The translations under genes were made by a program, and so were the position numbers. A stretch of 64,000 bases of DNA from assembly GCA_963819815.1 (NCBI GenBank), contig CAWFXL010000001.1, forward strand, positions 512,001 through 576,000, read 5' to 3'. The notes under the pieces are model-generated. The model was not told where the DNA came from. It saw nothing but the letters and a program-made list of their open reading frames with translations, and searched no databases. Of this stretch, positions 41,335 to 51,055 are shown piece after piece (position 1 is the stretch's first letter; the number at the start of each line of letters is the position of its first letter). This stretch comes from an uncultured bacterium (GTDB lineage Bacteria; Babelota; Babeliae; Babelales; Babelaceae).

Positions 41335-42330
41335 GTGAAGATCATTTTAAGCCTTGCGGTAATTTTTACTTCATCGTACCTGTGGTCAAGCTCAAATTCT
41401 CAGGCAGTTCTAGCACAGTCTTTTGTAACATCTACAAAACTTGTGTTGCCAGATGCTCAAAGACAAGCCAATGTACTTTTATTAAAGGAATCAATAAGCG
41501 AAAAAGAGCGTGATGGTTGCGTGAATTTGCTTATGGCCGAAAGGCCTAGTGCTGCAGTTAACGAGCTTACGATATCATTAAGAAGGCTCCAGCGTGAATT
41601 AGCATCAATTGAGGATGAGCAGAATCATCACAAACTACAGAGCCAGAATGAATGGGATACTCGAAAAAAGCAGAGAGATATCTGCCACCAGATGCATAAT
41701 GAATACTTGCGCTTGCATCAGCAGGTCAGCTCAGAAATTGAAGCCATATCAATGGAATTACATTCGCCGGATGGTAAAATTGAAATCTCTCATGATCGAA
41801 CTCTTATAATATTAGAGATGATCCAGACCTTAAATGACATGCTTATAGCCGATCCCAATATCTTAGAAGTCCAATTAAAAAAGGGGGGGAAAACCAAGGA
41901 ACTCCAGGGTCTCCTTCGCACCCTAGATTTAGGCGCAGCGTTTGCCGCACCAAAACCTTCTCAAGCGACACAAAGTAATTCAAACGATGATGGGGATGCG
42001 AGCGAACAGGCTGAGATAAAAGCGATCGATAATGACCCAGTTCAGAAAGCAAAGTTAGCTGAACGAAAAAAAGCTCAATACCTCAGTTCAAAGCAAACCC
42101 ATTTGCTCGGAGTCATGGCGAAGAGTTCTGTACTTGTAAAAAGCCTTGATGAAGAAGAATTGTACTATGTGCAAAAGTGCAAAACAGAAGCAGATTCCTA
42201 TGTAGAAAAGCTTGCAAACACAAGTAAGCTCATGGGAGAGGTCGCAACACAGCTTGAAGAAAAAAAGAAAGAACTGACGAAATATAATGACCTCATCGAA
42301 TTAATACACAAAAAGAAGGTCCGATCATGA
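41335..42330 (+). CDS. Exported coiled-coil hypothetical protein
   Basis: GTG start with AAGGAG RBS; signal peptide; heptad helices. Confidence 0.75.
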   Translation: MKIILSLAVIFTSSYLWSSSNSQAVLAQSFVTSTKLVLPDAQRQANVLLLKESISEKERDGCVNLLMAERPSAAVNELTISLRRLQRELASIEDEQNHHKLQSQNEWDTRKKQRDICHQMHNEYLRLHQQVSSEIEAISMELHSPDGKIEISHDRTLIILEMIQTLNDMLIADPNILEVQLKKGGKTKELQGLLRTLDLGAAFAAPKPSQATQSNSNDDGDASEQAEIKAIDNDPVQKAKLAERKKAQYLSSKQTHLLGVMAKSSVLVKSLDEEELYYVQKCKTEADSYVEKLANTSKLMGEVATQLEEKKKELTKYNDLIELIHKKKVRS

Positions 42331-42340
42331 AGGAGTTATT

Positions 42341-43219
42341 ATGAAACTATGTACTATTCTAGCTGTTTCCGGGCTGTTCGTAGTCGGTACTATCAAGCCT
42401 TCATCAAAATCACTTTCTACCAGCGATTTTGATGTTGAATCATGCTCAACGACCAGTGAAAGCATTGAAGATCATATCGAGCAACCCCAATTGGGAGCAA
42501 CTGCTCAACTTATTGCGAATGGCAGAAGACTTGCAGCACAACAAGATGCAAATAATGATGAAACAGAAACCGTGGGAATTAGTCTCATGAAAAAATCGGA
42601 GGAAAAGCAAAGACTCATCTCCGAACTCACGACACGCATTGAAATTATCACCGGCAAAATTGCTAAAGTTACAACTGCCATTGAAAGCACGTTCGATGAG
42701 CTTGCCAAAACTCAGGAAAACGTTTCCTACTATGAAGGGGTTCTCCATAGGTTAAAAGCACAACTCCAATTATGGAAAAACGATGGTACTATCATCATAA
42801 GGGGAGATAATGATGATGAACCTGAAGCATTATCCGCCGATCAAGCAAACCGACTTACTGGAATTGAGGTTGCCGCCATTTTAGAACCAGGGGTACAGAG
42901 AAAAGAGAAAGTAATGGCTGAAATCAATGGGGAACTTGCCATGCTTAGTCAGCAGCATGCAGTACTCTGTGTTCAACGTGCCAACGCAGAAAGAGAGCTT
43001 GCAGCTGCCCAAGAAACCCAGCAAAATCATATCCGATCTGGCAAGGATGTGGATGGAGCTATTCTCAACTTGGCGGAGGCACACCCAGATGCCATGGCTC
43101 CAGAGTCTGTCGAGGCCATTAAACAAAGAAATGTTGAAGAAGCGCGACGAGAGCTTGCCCGCATGAGAAACAAAAAGCCTGTTGAGCCACAAAAGTCAAC
43201 CCACTGTCTCCTTTTATGA
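42341..43219 (+). CDS. Exported coiled-coil protein with C-terminal CaaX box (CLLL)
   Basis: AAGGAG RBS; signal peptide; ends RNKKPVEPQKSTHCLLL*. Confidence 0.78.
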   Translation: MKLCTILAVSGLFVVGTIKPSSKSLSTSDFDVESCSTTSESIEDHIEQPQLGATAQLIANGRRLAAQQDANNDETETVGISLMKKSEEKQRLISELTTRIEIITGKIAKVTTAIESTFDELAKTQENVSYYEGVLHRLKAQLQLWKNDGTIIIRGDNDDEPEALSADQANRLTGIEVAAILEPGVQRKEKVMAEINGELAMLSQQHAVLCVQRANAERELAAAQETQQNHIRSGKDVDGAILNLAEAHPDAMAPESVEAIKQRNVEEARRELARMRNKKPVEPQKSTHCLLL

Positions 43220-43223
43220 ACAC

Positions 43224-43252
43224 TAAGGAAGCCTGCTTAGCAGGCTTCCTTA
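43224..43252 (+). terminator. Intrinsic terminator closing the 38-43 kb cluster
   Basis: taaggaagcctgc-tta-gcaggcttcctta, perfect 13-bp stem. Confidence 0.8.
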
Positions 43253-43559
43253 TAGCATTACCCTCATAAAATCACCATGGATCGCCCCAATCATCTCTAT
43301 CCAAATGTCCCCCCGCGGGGAGTTATGAAAATATATACCACCACCCTCTTTTCATGTTCCTGCTTTCCTATCACCAGTGCTCAAGTATGCCACGGATTCA
43401 AAAGGGCGACCTCATAAGTGTATTCCTAGTCTAATAGCAATGTAGCGTACTACCCTTCGCCATTATGGCAGATTCCAAGATAGTAGGATTCTCTTGACAA
43501 TGAAGCGCATGAGGATGTACTTTCCAAGGAAAGAAGCATACTACCCTAAAATGGTTTTT

Positions 43560-44441
43560 ATGAAAAAAGTACTTAATGGTCACTCGCTTGAACTGTCCCA
43601 TCTTGATAAGGTGTTCTTTCCTCGAGCACATCTGACAAAAGGTGATGTTATCGACTATTACGAGAAGATTGCAGACTATCTCCTACCCCATATTAAAGGT
43701 CATCCGATCGTTATGCATCGTTACCCCAATGGCATTGCAGATGAGGGCTTTTATCAAAAAGAGGTTCCCGACTATTTTCCTTCATGGATCCACCGGAAAA
43801 CGGTTCCTTTAAAAAAGGGTGAACATCAAACTCTTGTTGTGATTGATGATTCTGCCTCACTCGTGTATTTAGCTAATCAGGGAGTACTCGTTTTCCATTC
43901 GTGGTTAAGCTCAGCTGATGCCATACATACTCCAAATAAAATCGTATTTGATCTCGATCCAAGTGGCCATGACGTGGATGCGCTCAAGGATACAGCACGC
44001 AAAATAAAGAAGATTCTTGAGCACCATTCATTAAAGCCGTACGTTATGACGACAGGCTCACGGGGATACCATATTGTTACTCCCCTAATTCCTGAGCATT
44101 CTTTTGAGGCAGTACACGAATTTGCAAAACATATCGCAGAAGACTTAGTTAAGGCAGAGCCTCATCTGTATACTGTTGAGATAAACAAGGAAAAGAGAAA
44201 AGGAAAAATCTTTATCGACTATCTCCGTAACTCCTATGGCCAAACCTCTGTTGCATGCTATTCGCTTAGAGAGCATGAAGGTGCACCAGTAGCTACACCC
44301 CTTGACTGGGCTGAGCTTACAAACACAGATCCTCAAACGTATACGATTAAAAATATTCTTAAACGGTTATCTCAGAAAGATGATCCTTGGAAGGACTTTG
44401 AAAAGCATGCTCGAAAGCTTGTTATCAACTACAGCTCTTAG
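43560..44441 (+). CDS. ligD: Stand-alone LigD polymerase (archaeo-eukaryotic primase-like) domain
   Basis: TKGDVIDYY, RYPNG, FYQK, FDLDP, TTGSRGYH, IFIDYLRN..GQT..YSLR. Confidence 0.9.
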   Translation: MKKVLNGHSLELSHLDKVFFPRAHLTKGDVIDYYEKIADYLLPHIKGHPIVMHRYPNGIADEGFYQKEVPDYFPSWIHRKTVPLKKGEHQTLVVIDDSASLVYLANQGVLVFHSWLSSADAIHTPNKIVFDLDPSGHDVDALKDTARKIKKILEHHSLKPYVMTTGSRGYHIVTPLIPEHSFEAVHEFAKHIAEDLVKAEPHLYTVEINKEKRKGKIFIDYLRNSYGQTSVACYSLREHEGAPVATPLDWAELTNTDPQTYTIKNILKRLSQKDDPWKDFEKHARKLVINYSS

Positions 44442-44565
44442 TATGCTTATTGGACGTATCTCTTTTTGAAAATGCACCTATGAAAAAAATCTTAGCATCA
44501 ATGATGCAACCCAGAGTTTGCGTACACCATTAGCACTTCTATCGTTAACATCGCAGAATATATTG

Positions 44566-45048
44566 TTAAAGAATTATATTTCTAACGTCCTTTAAGAAGG
44601 CAATAAGAGTATCTGCTTTTTTTGTCAGCTCACTTTCACTAAGCCCTGATCGGTTGCTAGTCAGAAGAGAGATATGCTTTGGCGCGATCATTGTCTTAAA
44701 TTTATGCAAAGGGTCGGAACTATTTCTTATTTCATCTGCGGTCGTAACAAAAAGATGGTAGCCAAGCTGTGACATTTTTGATTTAAAGCCAAGTTTCTCT
44801 TCTTCTACAGCTTTGATGAGTACCGATTTCAATTGATTGCAGTAGAAGGTATACTCCAACGGACTTGCATTTTTAACTTTTTCATAAGCCTTTAGAATAT
44901 TTTTGTATTCATCCTCGATTAGCTTAACACCTTCTTCAAGATTGCTTGTCCTGATAGCTATGCGCTGGGGACTCAATGGAGCAGCTATACTATGGTTCAA
45001 AAAGGATACGGTAGCCAGAAAAACGAATCCACAGGTAGAGATCTTCAT
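44566..45048 (-). CDS. Exported hypothetical protein
   Basis: Signal peptide ..NHSIA-AP; AAAGG RBS. Confidence 0.7.
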   Translation of the reverse strand: MKISTCGFVFLATVSFLNHSIAAPLSPQRIAIRTSNLEEGVKLIEDEYKNILKAYEKVKNASPLEYTFYCNQLKSVLIKAVEEEKLGFKSKMSQLGYHLFVTTADEIRNSSDPLHKFKTMIAPKHISLLTSNRSGLSESELTKKADTLIAFLKDVRNIIL

Positions 45049-45172
45049 GAGGTGCCTTTCACGTAAGAAGACGAATAGAGTTTTTATATTGTCCTCTAAC
45101 TAAGCTATCAGATCACTCAAATATTTCAAGAAATCTCTCTCTTACACTCGACCAGTACACTTCAGTGACTTC

Positions 45173-45207
45173 GGGCCCCGCCACTACTTCTCTGCATAGC
45201 GGGGCCC
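45173..45207. terminator. GC-rich hairpin after M20 gene
   Basis: gggccccgc...gcggggccc. Confidence 0.55.
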
Positions 45208-45219
45208 ATTTTTTCTACC

Positions 45220-46563
45220 TCAACAGCAGAACTGTTCCAAGAATGTCGTTACGAGTGCCCGTCCCTTCTTAAGTTCTTCAACCGGAACCATTTCATCCGT
45301 CCCATGTATGTTATCCTTTACAAGGAAGGGACTAAACCCTATTCCCTCAAGTCCCATTTTGAGGTAATAACGAAGATCACTCGCACCCTCAGATACCAGC
45401 GGCTCTACCCTCTGGCCATGAGAGTTAATCGCCCTTACGAGCGCCTTATAAAGAGGCGTCTCATACGAGGTATTTTCCGGCCGTTCATCCACGGTTGCCT
45501 CAATGCGGTAGCTTGAATTAGGATGCGGTGCACAATACTGACCAAGAAGCGCCTGCGCATCTTCAAGTGTCATCGACGGAGGAACCCGAATGTCGATCGT
45601 TGCCTGAGCAACATGAGGTACCACATTAAGAGACGCATTGCCCTGAGCAACATAACCAGCATTAAGGGAGGTAATGTTCATCGACAGTAGCCTGCCAGGC
45701 TCCACCTTACCGGGTTCTAACCCATTGGGTTGTAACCCACTAGATTTCAACCCACTTGGCACATCAGGTTTTGTAGCCGCCCGTTTTTGTTGCTCTTCAT
45801 GATGGCCCACGATTGGCGTAAGCACCTTTATCAGATCATGGACAGCATTCTTGCACATAAGACGAGACCCATGAGCAAGCTCACCTGTACAGGTAATTCG
45901 TACCTGCAATGGTTTTCGTTCGTCTACTTTGAGAAGATACTCATCTTCGCTCGCCCTTCCTTCATCAAGTACATACCCGACATTGAGAGCACGAAAAGCA
46001 TCAGACTCAATAAACTCCTTGGTTCCCTTAAAGCCTCCCCGCTCTTCATCAGGAACGGCAAAGATATGGATAGTACGCTGCGGATGTGTACCCGAATCCT
46101 TCAGAGCTTTCAGAGCAAAGTAGTGAATTGCTCCTACTCCTTTCATGTCCTGTACACCACGAGCTATAAGGTTACCCTCATATATCTCAGCCTTAAAGGG
46201 ATGGGCAATCCATTCCTCTTCATTCGGAGCAGGAACGACATCCATGTGATGGTTCATTGCTAATGCTTCAAGAGAGGGGTCGGTTCCTTCAAGGGTTATA
46301 ATGACAGCCGCTAACCCAGAAGGTAGAGAAACCTCTTGGTAGAGAAATCCGTCCTTCAGTGCTTGCTTTTTCAAGAGTGCTCGCGCACCTGCATAATCCG
46401 GGTTAGGATGGGCAGTATTAATGCGTAAATACTCCTGCAAGAACTGTACCATCTCTGTATCGCAATCACCCTTTGCACAGCTTGTGCCAGTTTGTAGCAG
46501 ATAGAAAGCACCCAACATTAAGCCAAGACACGATATACTTATAAGTAGAGAAACCAGTTTCAT
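45220..46563 (-). CDS. M20 family peptidase, aminoacylase-1-like
   Basis: EYLRINTAHPNPDY, NHHMDVVP, ARGVQDMK, PDEERGG, LDEG, ASDLRY, IHGTDE. Confidence 0.9.
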   Translation of the reverse strand: MKLVSLLISISCLGLMLGAFYLLQTGTSCAKGDCDTEMVQFLQEYLRINTAHPNPDYAGARALLKKQALKDGFLYQEVSLPSGLAAVIITLEGTDPSLEALAMNHHMDVVPAPNEEEWIAHPFKAEIYEGNLIARGVQDMKGVGAIHYFALKALKDSGTHPQRTIHIFAVPDEERGGFKGTKEFIESDAFRALNVGYVLDEGRASEDEYLLKVDERKPLQVRITCTGELAHGSRLMCKNAVHDLIKVLTPIVGHHEEQQKRAATKPDVPSGLKSSGLQPNGLEPGKVEPGRLLSMNITSLNAGYVAQGNASLNVVPHVAQATIDIRVPPSMTLEDAQALLGQYCAPHPNSSYRIEATVDERPENTSYETPLYKALVRAINSHGQRVEPLVSEGASDLRYYLKMGLEGIGFSPFLVKDNIHGTDEMVPVEELKKGRALVTTFLEQFCC

Positions 46564-47420
46564 AGTGCCTCCCTAGCTAGAGGTGAAAGCTGATACCTAA
46601 ATACAAAGCCATAGCCAGGTACCGATTTGTCATCGGGTAGTGGCGCACATTCTGAACTATCGGCATCAAATGATGGCTTAAATGCTCTATACTGATAAAG
46701 TTCAACCGGTCTTCCAATAGGTTGCATACCAGTTATAAAACGCATGAATGCTCCAAGAAGTGAGGGAGTTCTGTCATACCCACCCTCTTGCCCTACATTG
46801 GCATTAATTAGGCCAAAGAGGAGAACAAGCGCCTGTGATGACTTCTTTAAGATATGTGCAGTAACCTCGTATGCAATACAGCCGTATGCATAGTCGGTTA
46901 ATGCTTTGTTAATACCTTTGCTCCGATACAGTGGATGAGTAAAAGATCCTCCACTATAGATATATGTATCTGACAATGAGTAGGCAACATCCTTTGCAAG
47001 ATCACCTGGCAGGTGCTTCCTCTCTTCACTATACAGACCGGCATGTATCTTGGTACTCGAAGGGCCACAACACCTAATTTCTTCACAAAGAATCGAAGTG
47101 AGCTCTTCTTCATCGTTCACCAGAAAGAGTTTGCGCAATCCTACAATAGTATTTGTTGACTTATCGCGGGCAACAAAAAGCCTTTTCTGGGTTATCGCTT
47201 TTTCAAGGGAGCTTCTTCGAAACTTCCTGGGTACAATAACGAGTTTCTCCTCGTCCTTGACCATCTCTTGCTCAGTAAGGGCAAGTAGTTCATCAAGGTC
47301 ATTCTCTGTTGCATAGCCAAAAGAAATGTCAGTTTTTTCAATGGGCAATTCAAGACTCTTGTTCATTGCTAATGCTGTTGTAAAGCACCCAAAAAGGGCA
47401 CCATATAAAAAGAATTTCAT
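46560..47420 (-). CDS. Exported GNAT-like protein
   Basis: ATENDLDEL; FTHPLYRSKGINKAL motif A; signal ..TALA-MNK; overlaps M20 start. Confidence 0.7.
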   Translation of the reverse strand: MKFFLYGALFGCFTTALAMNKSLELPIEKTDISFGYATENDLDELLALTEQEMVKDEEKLVIVPRKFRRSSLEKAITQKRLFVARDKSTNTIVGLRKLFLVNDEEELTSILCEEIRCCGPSSTKIHAGLYSEERKHLPGDLAKDVAYSLSDTYIYSGGSFTHPLYRSKGINKALTDYAYGCIAYEVTAHILKKSSQALVLLFGLINANVGQEGGYDRTPSLLGAFMRFITGMQPIGRPVELYQYRAFKPSFDADSSECAPLPDDKSVPGYGFVFRYQLSPLAREAL

Positions 47421-47540
47421 AATAATCCTTAGTATTTCATGGTTATATAGGTAGATGCGCACAAACACAGATAGATCTGGTCGTACGACACCATCATGAT
47501 TAAAACAAACGTGGGTAATGCGGGAATATATAAGGTAGGC

Positions 47541-47645
47541 TTAACGCCAGGATAGAGAGCGCCAGCAGAGAGTGCTAGAAGAAGAGAAGAGGCTAGAGAT
47601 ATGCATAGTGTCGAGATGTCTCATCTGACAGGTAAGGATATTCAT
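47541..47645 (-). other. Putative 34-aa leader peptide upstream of the GNAT-M20 operon
   Basis: AAGGA RBS; MNILTCQMRHLDTMHISSLFSSSSTLCWRSLSWR*. Confidence 0.4.
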
Positions 47646-47816
47646 AGAGTTCCTTGGGTTGAACAATTATTATTAACACATAGTATTATTCTACCATAAA
47701 ATTTACAAAAAGGAAATCGTTGCGATATGTATGATCCATCCCCTCTTTCTGTACCATACCCCATTCATACCATATGTTTAATCTCTACTACCTGCACAGA
47801 AAACATTGTTGAGCCT

Positions 47817-47844
47817 GACGCAAAGGGGTTCGTTCCCTTGCGTC
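47817..47844. terminator. Hairpin downstream of GNAT gene
   Basis: gacgcaaagggg-ttcg-ttcccttgcgtc. Confidence 0.55.
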
Positions 47845-47861
47845 TCTTGGCTCTCTTTTCT

Positions 47862-48347
47862 TCAGAGAATTTTTTTCATCATAAACAAATCATCCTCGTA
47901 GAAGAAAGGAAACCCACTTGGCAATTCACGCCTTTCAATGATCACAAATCCATTGCGGAGATAGAATTTCTTGGCTGCAATAGCAACTTCTGCTTTTGTA
48001 CTCAGATACCAGCTGCCTCGGGAACCTTTTTGTCCCATAAGTGTGTCTAACAATTTCTGGGCAACGCCCTTACGGCGAAACTCCTTATGTACAAACATCC
48101 GCTTCAAAACAAACACTTCTTCAGATAAGGTATCACATGCTATAGTTCCTATGATTTTGTCACCTGACAGTGCAACGAGAAACAGTCCGCCTCTCTCATG
48201 ATAATAGTGTTTAATATGGTGAAGGTCTGGAAAGTCTTGCGGAGCAACCTTGAAAGCATACTCATCAACCCAAATCTCAAAAATCAATCGTACAATTGCT
48301 GGAGAATCTTCACTACGTGCAGCTCTAATCACATACTGATCAACCAT
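47862..48347 (-). CDS. GNAT N-acetyltransferase
   Basis: LKRMFVHKEFRRKGVAQKL; AKKFYLRNGF. Confidence 0.92.
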   Translation of the reverse strand: MVDQYVIRAARSEDSPAIVRLIFEIWVDEYAFKVAPQDFPDLHHIKHYYHERGGLFLVALSGDKIIGTIACDTLSEEVFVLKRMFVHKEFRRKGVAQKLLDTLMGQKGSRGSWYLSTKAEVAIAAKKFYLRNGFVIIERRELPSGFPFFYEDDLFMMKKIL

Positions 48348-48900
48348 GAAGCCCGATCGTATTGTTCACAATAGTGAGAACAAGCTCTGGAAAATCAGGC
48401 TTAAAATAATCGCCTCCAAAATGTCCTTGGTTTGTATACTCATGATACTCGCATTGTAATTGTTCACGAATATAGCGAGGATGTTCTATGGGAATCCACG
48501 GATCATCCTGTGAGGCAAAAAGCGTAATCCACTTTTGATTTTTGCGTATACTATCCCAATCCCACCGGCGATTAAAATATCCAGCAAGCTTTTCAGTACT
48601 CATCCCCAAATCAGTATAATAAGCGCCGACTAAAACAGATCCAAGGATTTGATGATTTTCTGCCAATCTCATCGATGCAATCGCACCAGAAGAATGGCCC
48701 ACAAGTATAGTGTTTCTATCAACTTTCAACTCATCAAGTAAAAAGGGAAGCCAGAAGGATTCGCGGGCTAATTCAGGATCGGGAAACTCTGCAGCAATCA
48801 CCTCAAAGCCTTGATTTTCGAGGTCGGACTTAACACTTGGAAACCAATTATCCTGCGTAGTAGATCCGCCGTTTCCGGGTACAAATACAACCCTTATCAT
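48340..48900 (-). CDS. RBBP9/YdeN-family alpha/beta hydrolase
   Basis: VPGNGG, NWFP, GHSSG, SQDDPWIP, GHF. Confidence 0.92.
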   Translation of the reverse strand: MIRVVFVPGNGGSTTQDNWFPSVKSDLENQGFEVIAAEFPDPELARESFWLPFLLDELKVDRNTILVGHSSGAIASMRLAENHQILGSVLVGAYYTDLGMSTEKLAGYFNRRWDWDSIRKNQKWITLFASQDDPWIPIEHPRYIREQLQCEYHEYTNQGHFGGDYFKPDFPELVLTIVNNTIGLHG

Positions 48901-49110
48901 ATGTCCTCTCCTAATGTTTTGGAAACAACAGCATGTAAATCATCTCCAAGTTGCTACGTGAAGCAAGTAAGCTCTCTATTTTCAAAAAACACGTATTTCT
49001 ATTTTCATAATGGTACACTGAGCCAAGTTAAGAAGCAATGCACCAAAACAGGTTACATTGCACTATCGATACTAAGATCACTGTCCCAAGCAATGCAAGG
49101 TAGGAAACAG

Positions 49111-49545
49111 ATGAAAAGCTGGAATATCAGGGTAAGCACAGAACAAGACTCTCAGTATATTGATGACAAGATCGTCGAGTTCAACAATAGCCAAGTGCCC
49201 TTTACACAGAAGACTGCTTTTATGCCAATGAATTTTGTCATAAAGGATGAGAATGATACTATTATTGCAGGGATCAATGCAGTCCTGTACTGCTGGCAAA
49301 TTCTCTATATCGATGTATTGTTCGTCGAAGAACAACATCGTGGCAAACAATTTGGAACCGCGTTGCTTACTAAAGTTGAAAACGAAGCGAAAAAGTTAGG
49401 CGCGAAACTTTCCCACCTAGATACTTTTGATTGGCAATCGAAAGAGTTCTATGAGAAGGCAGGCTATACGATATGTGGTGAGCTTAAGGATTGTCCAGTA
49501 GGACATACACGCTACTACTTAAAGAAAAATTTGGTGGGAGAATAA
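49111..49545 (+). CDS. GNAT N-acetyltransferase
   Basis: LFVEEQHRGKQFG, LDTFDWQSKEFYEKAGY; start reassigned to MKSWN (AGGA RBS). Confidence 0.92.
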   Translation: MKSWNIRVSTEQDSQYIDDKIVEFNNSQVPFTQKTAFMPMNFVIKDENDTIIAGINAVLYCWQILYIDVLFVEEQHRGKQFGTALLTKVENEAKKLGAKLSHLDTFDWQSKEFYEKAGYTICGELKDCPVGHTRYYLKKNLVGE

Positions 49546-49599
49546 TCGCGAGACCAATACACATGTATCCAAAATGAGCCTACTGACGATTGTTAGTGG

Positions 49600-50139
49600 T
49601 TAAATCAGATCATTAAAGCTACGAACGGTGTCATGATAGTTCCCCCAAGCAATCCATGCTGACTTATTCCATTCATCCATAAGACGCCAGTGCTCTTCTT
49701 CTGATTGCGCTTTGAGAACATCAAGGACCGTAAGTGAACCCATGTTGTACGGTGGATCAAATGGCACTTCTTCAAGACGGATACCCGTATCAAGTAACAG
49801 CTGCATAGTCTTAAAAACCTCGGTAAGTGGTCTATTTTTTTCAACCATAAGATGTAGTGCAAAGAGATGCACCCATACAGATTGGCGTGATGCCGCTCTC
49901 AGTCTCTCATCTATATTACGCTCTTTTTGAATCTCAAGCTGGGGAGGATGCTGCACAGCATAGGCCTGAGGACTATGCTTATTAAAGCAACCGTGAGCAT
50001 GCTCATAGGCAAGCAGTTCAGCAAATGCTGCATTACATTCATAGGAATTCACGCCATATCGAGCAAAACCTGTAGACGCTGGAACATCTTCTTTGTCTCT
50101 AAGGGGAAATACAGCCTTGCACCCTGGACATGTAGTCAT
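49600..50139 (-). CDS. Hypothetical protein (DUF5946-like)
   Basis: CPGC, AYAVQHP, QSVWVHL, W..W..YH pattern. Confidence 0.65.
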   Translation of the reverse strand: MTTCPGCKAVFPLRDKEDVPASTGFARYGVNSYECNAAFAELLAYEHAHGCFNKHSPQAYAVQHPPQLEIQKERNIDERLRAASRQSVWVHLFALHLMVEKNRPLTEVFKTMQLLLDTGIRLEEVPFDPPYNMGSLTVLDVLKAQSEEEHWRLMDEWNKSAWIAWGNYHDTVRSFNDLI

Positions 50140-50242
50140 GACTTTTTCTCTATACTATCTGCAAACCGATCGTATGAAGTATATCGCCTGCTTTCATTTT
50201 AGCAAACAATGATAGGCTGAATCATTCGCGTTCCTTCAAAAA

Positions 50243-50273
50243 AGGGACGCAAGTTACTAAGTCCTGCGTCCCT
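50243..50273 (-). terminator. Intrinsic terminator
   Basis: agggacgca...tgcgtccct with T-tract on minus strand. Confidence 0.65.
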
Positions 50274-50293
50274 AAAATATGTCACATTCACTA

Positions 50294-51055
50294 CTAGACG
50301 ATAAAAGTCGCCTGCTCAAGAAACTGGGTTACCCTGCATCCGAAGTTCCCTGCAATAAAGTCCGCGGCAATACGTGCATAGCGGAGTAATTTGAGATCAT
50401 TAATTTGCACTAATGCCATCAGATAAATATCATCGGTATAATCATCATACTGGTCCATATTGCATAATAAGGAGTCGATAGTTTTGGCCACTTGTAAAAA
50501 TGACGGAGGTGTAGGGAAGAAAGAGCAATGCATTCTCTCAGATTCTTCACAACTAATTGCCTGTTTGATCGCTTCAGCAAATACAAGAATAAGTTCCTTC
50601 CGATTAAAAAGGGGCTCATATTTAGAAAAGAGACCGTAACTAGAAGCATGAAGAGCACGTTTACTTTCAAGCTCTAAGGCTCTCTCAAAGAATTGTATGC
50701 CAAAGAATCTAAGCACATTAGCTTGTGCCCTTTTTTTATGATCCACATGCCAATCAGAATCTTTACCCTCAGACCATGCCGTATGGTATTTCACATTCTC
50801 ACTCTGCAAGGAATTGAGAGCCCCTATGAGAAAGTCTCTATCCAGTGCGGCTTTTTGAATAATCGAATATACCTCGTCGGCAGCTTTATTTTGCATGGCA
50901 GAATCATTTTTGATAAGGTGAATCAAGCCCTTCATGGTCTGATTTGCACACTCAATTCCCAGGTTATAGCTTTTACTTTGACCAGGGAAAGCACATAGTG
51001 CCCCACTGACGAGAGTACTAAGAGCGATCAATTTGGCTATATGATGAAACAACAT
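50294..51055 (-). CDS. Exported hypothetical protein
   Basis: AAGGAG RBS; signal ..SGALCA-FP. Confidence 0.7.
   Translation of the reverse strand: MLFHHIAKLIALSTLVSGALCAFPGQSKSYNLGIECANQTMKGLIHLIKNDSAMQNKAADEVYSIIQKAALDRDFLIGALNSLQSENVKYHTAWSEGKDSDWHVDHKKRAQANVLRFFGIQFFERALELESKRALHASSYGLFSKYEPLFNRKELILVFAEAIKQAISCEESERMHCSFFPTPPSFLQVAKTIDSLLCNMDQYDDYTDDIYLMALVQINDLKLLRYARIAADFIAGNFGCRVTQFLEQATFIV

Noticed and set aside
48811..49110. N-terminal extension of ORF 48811..49545
   Set aside because: Overlaps the divergent hydrolase gene; real start likely 49111
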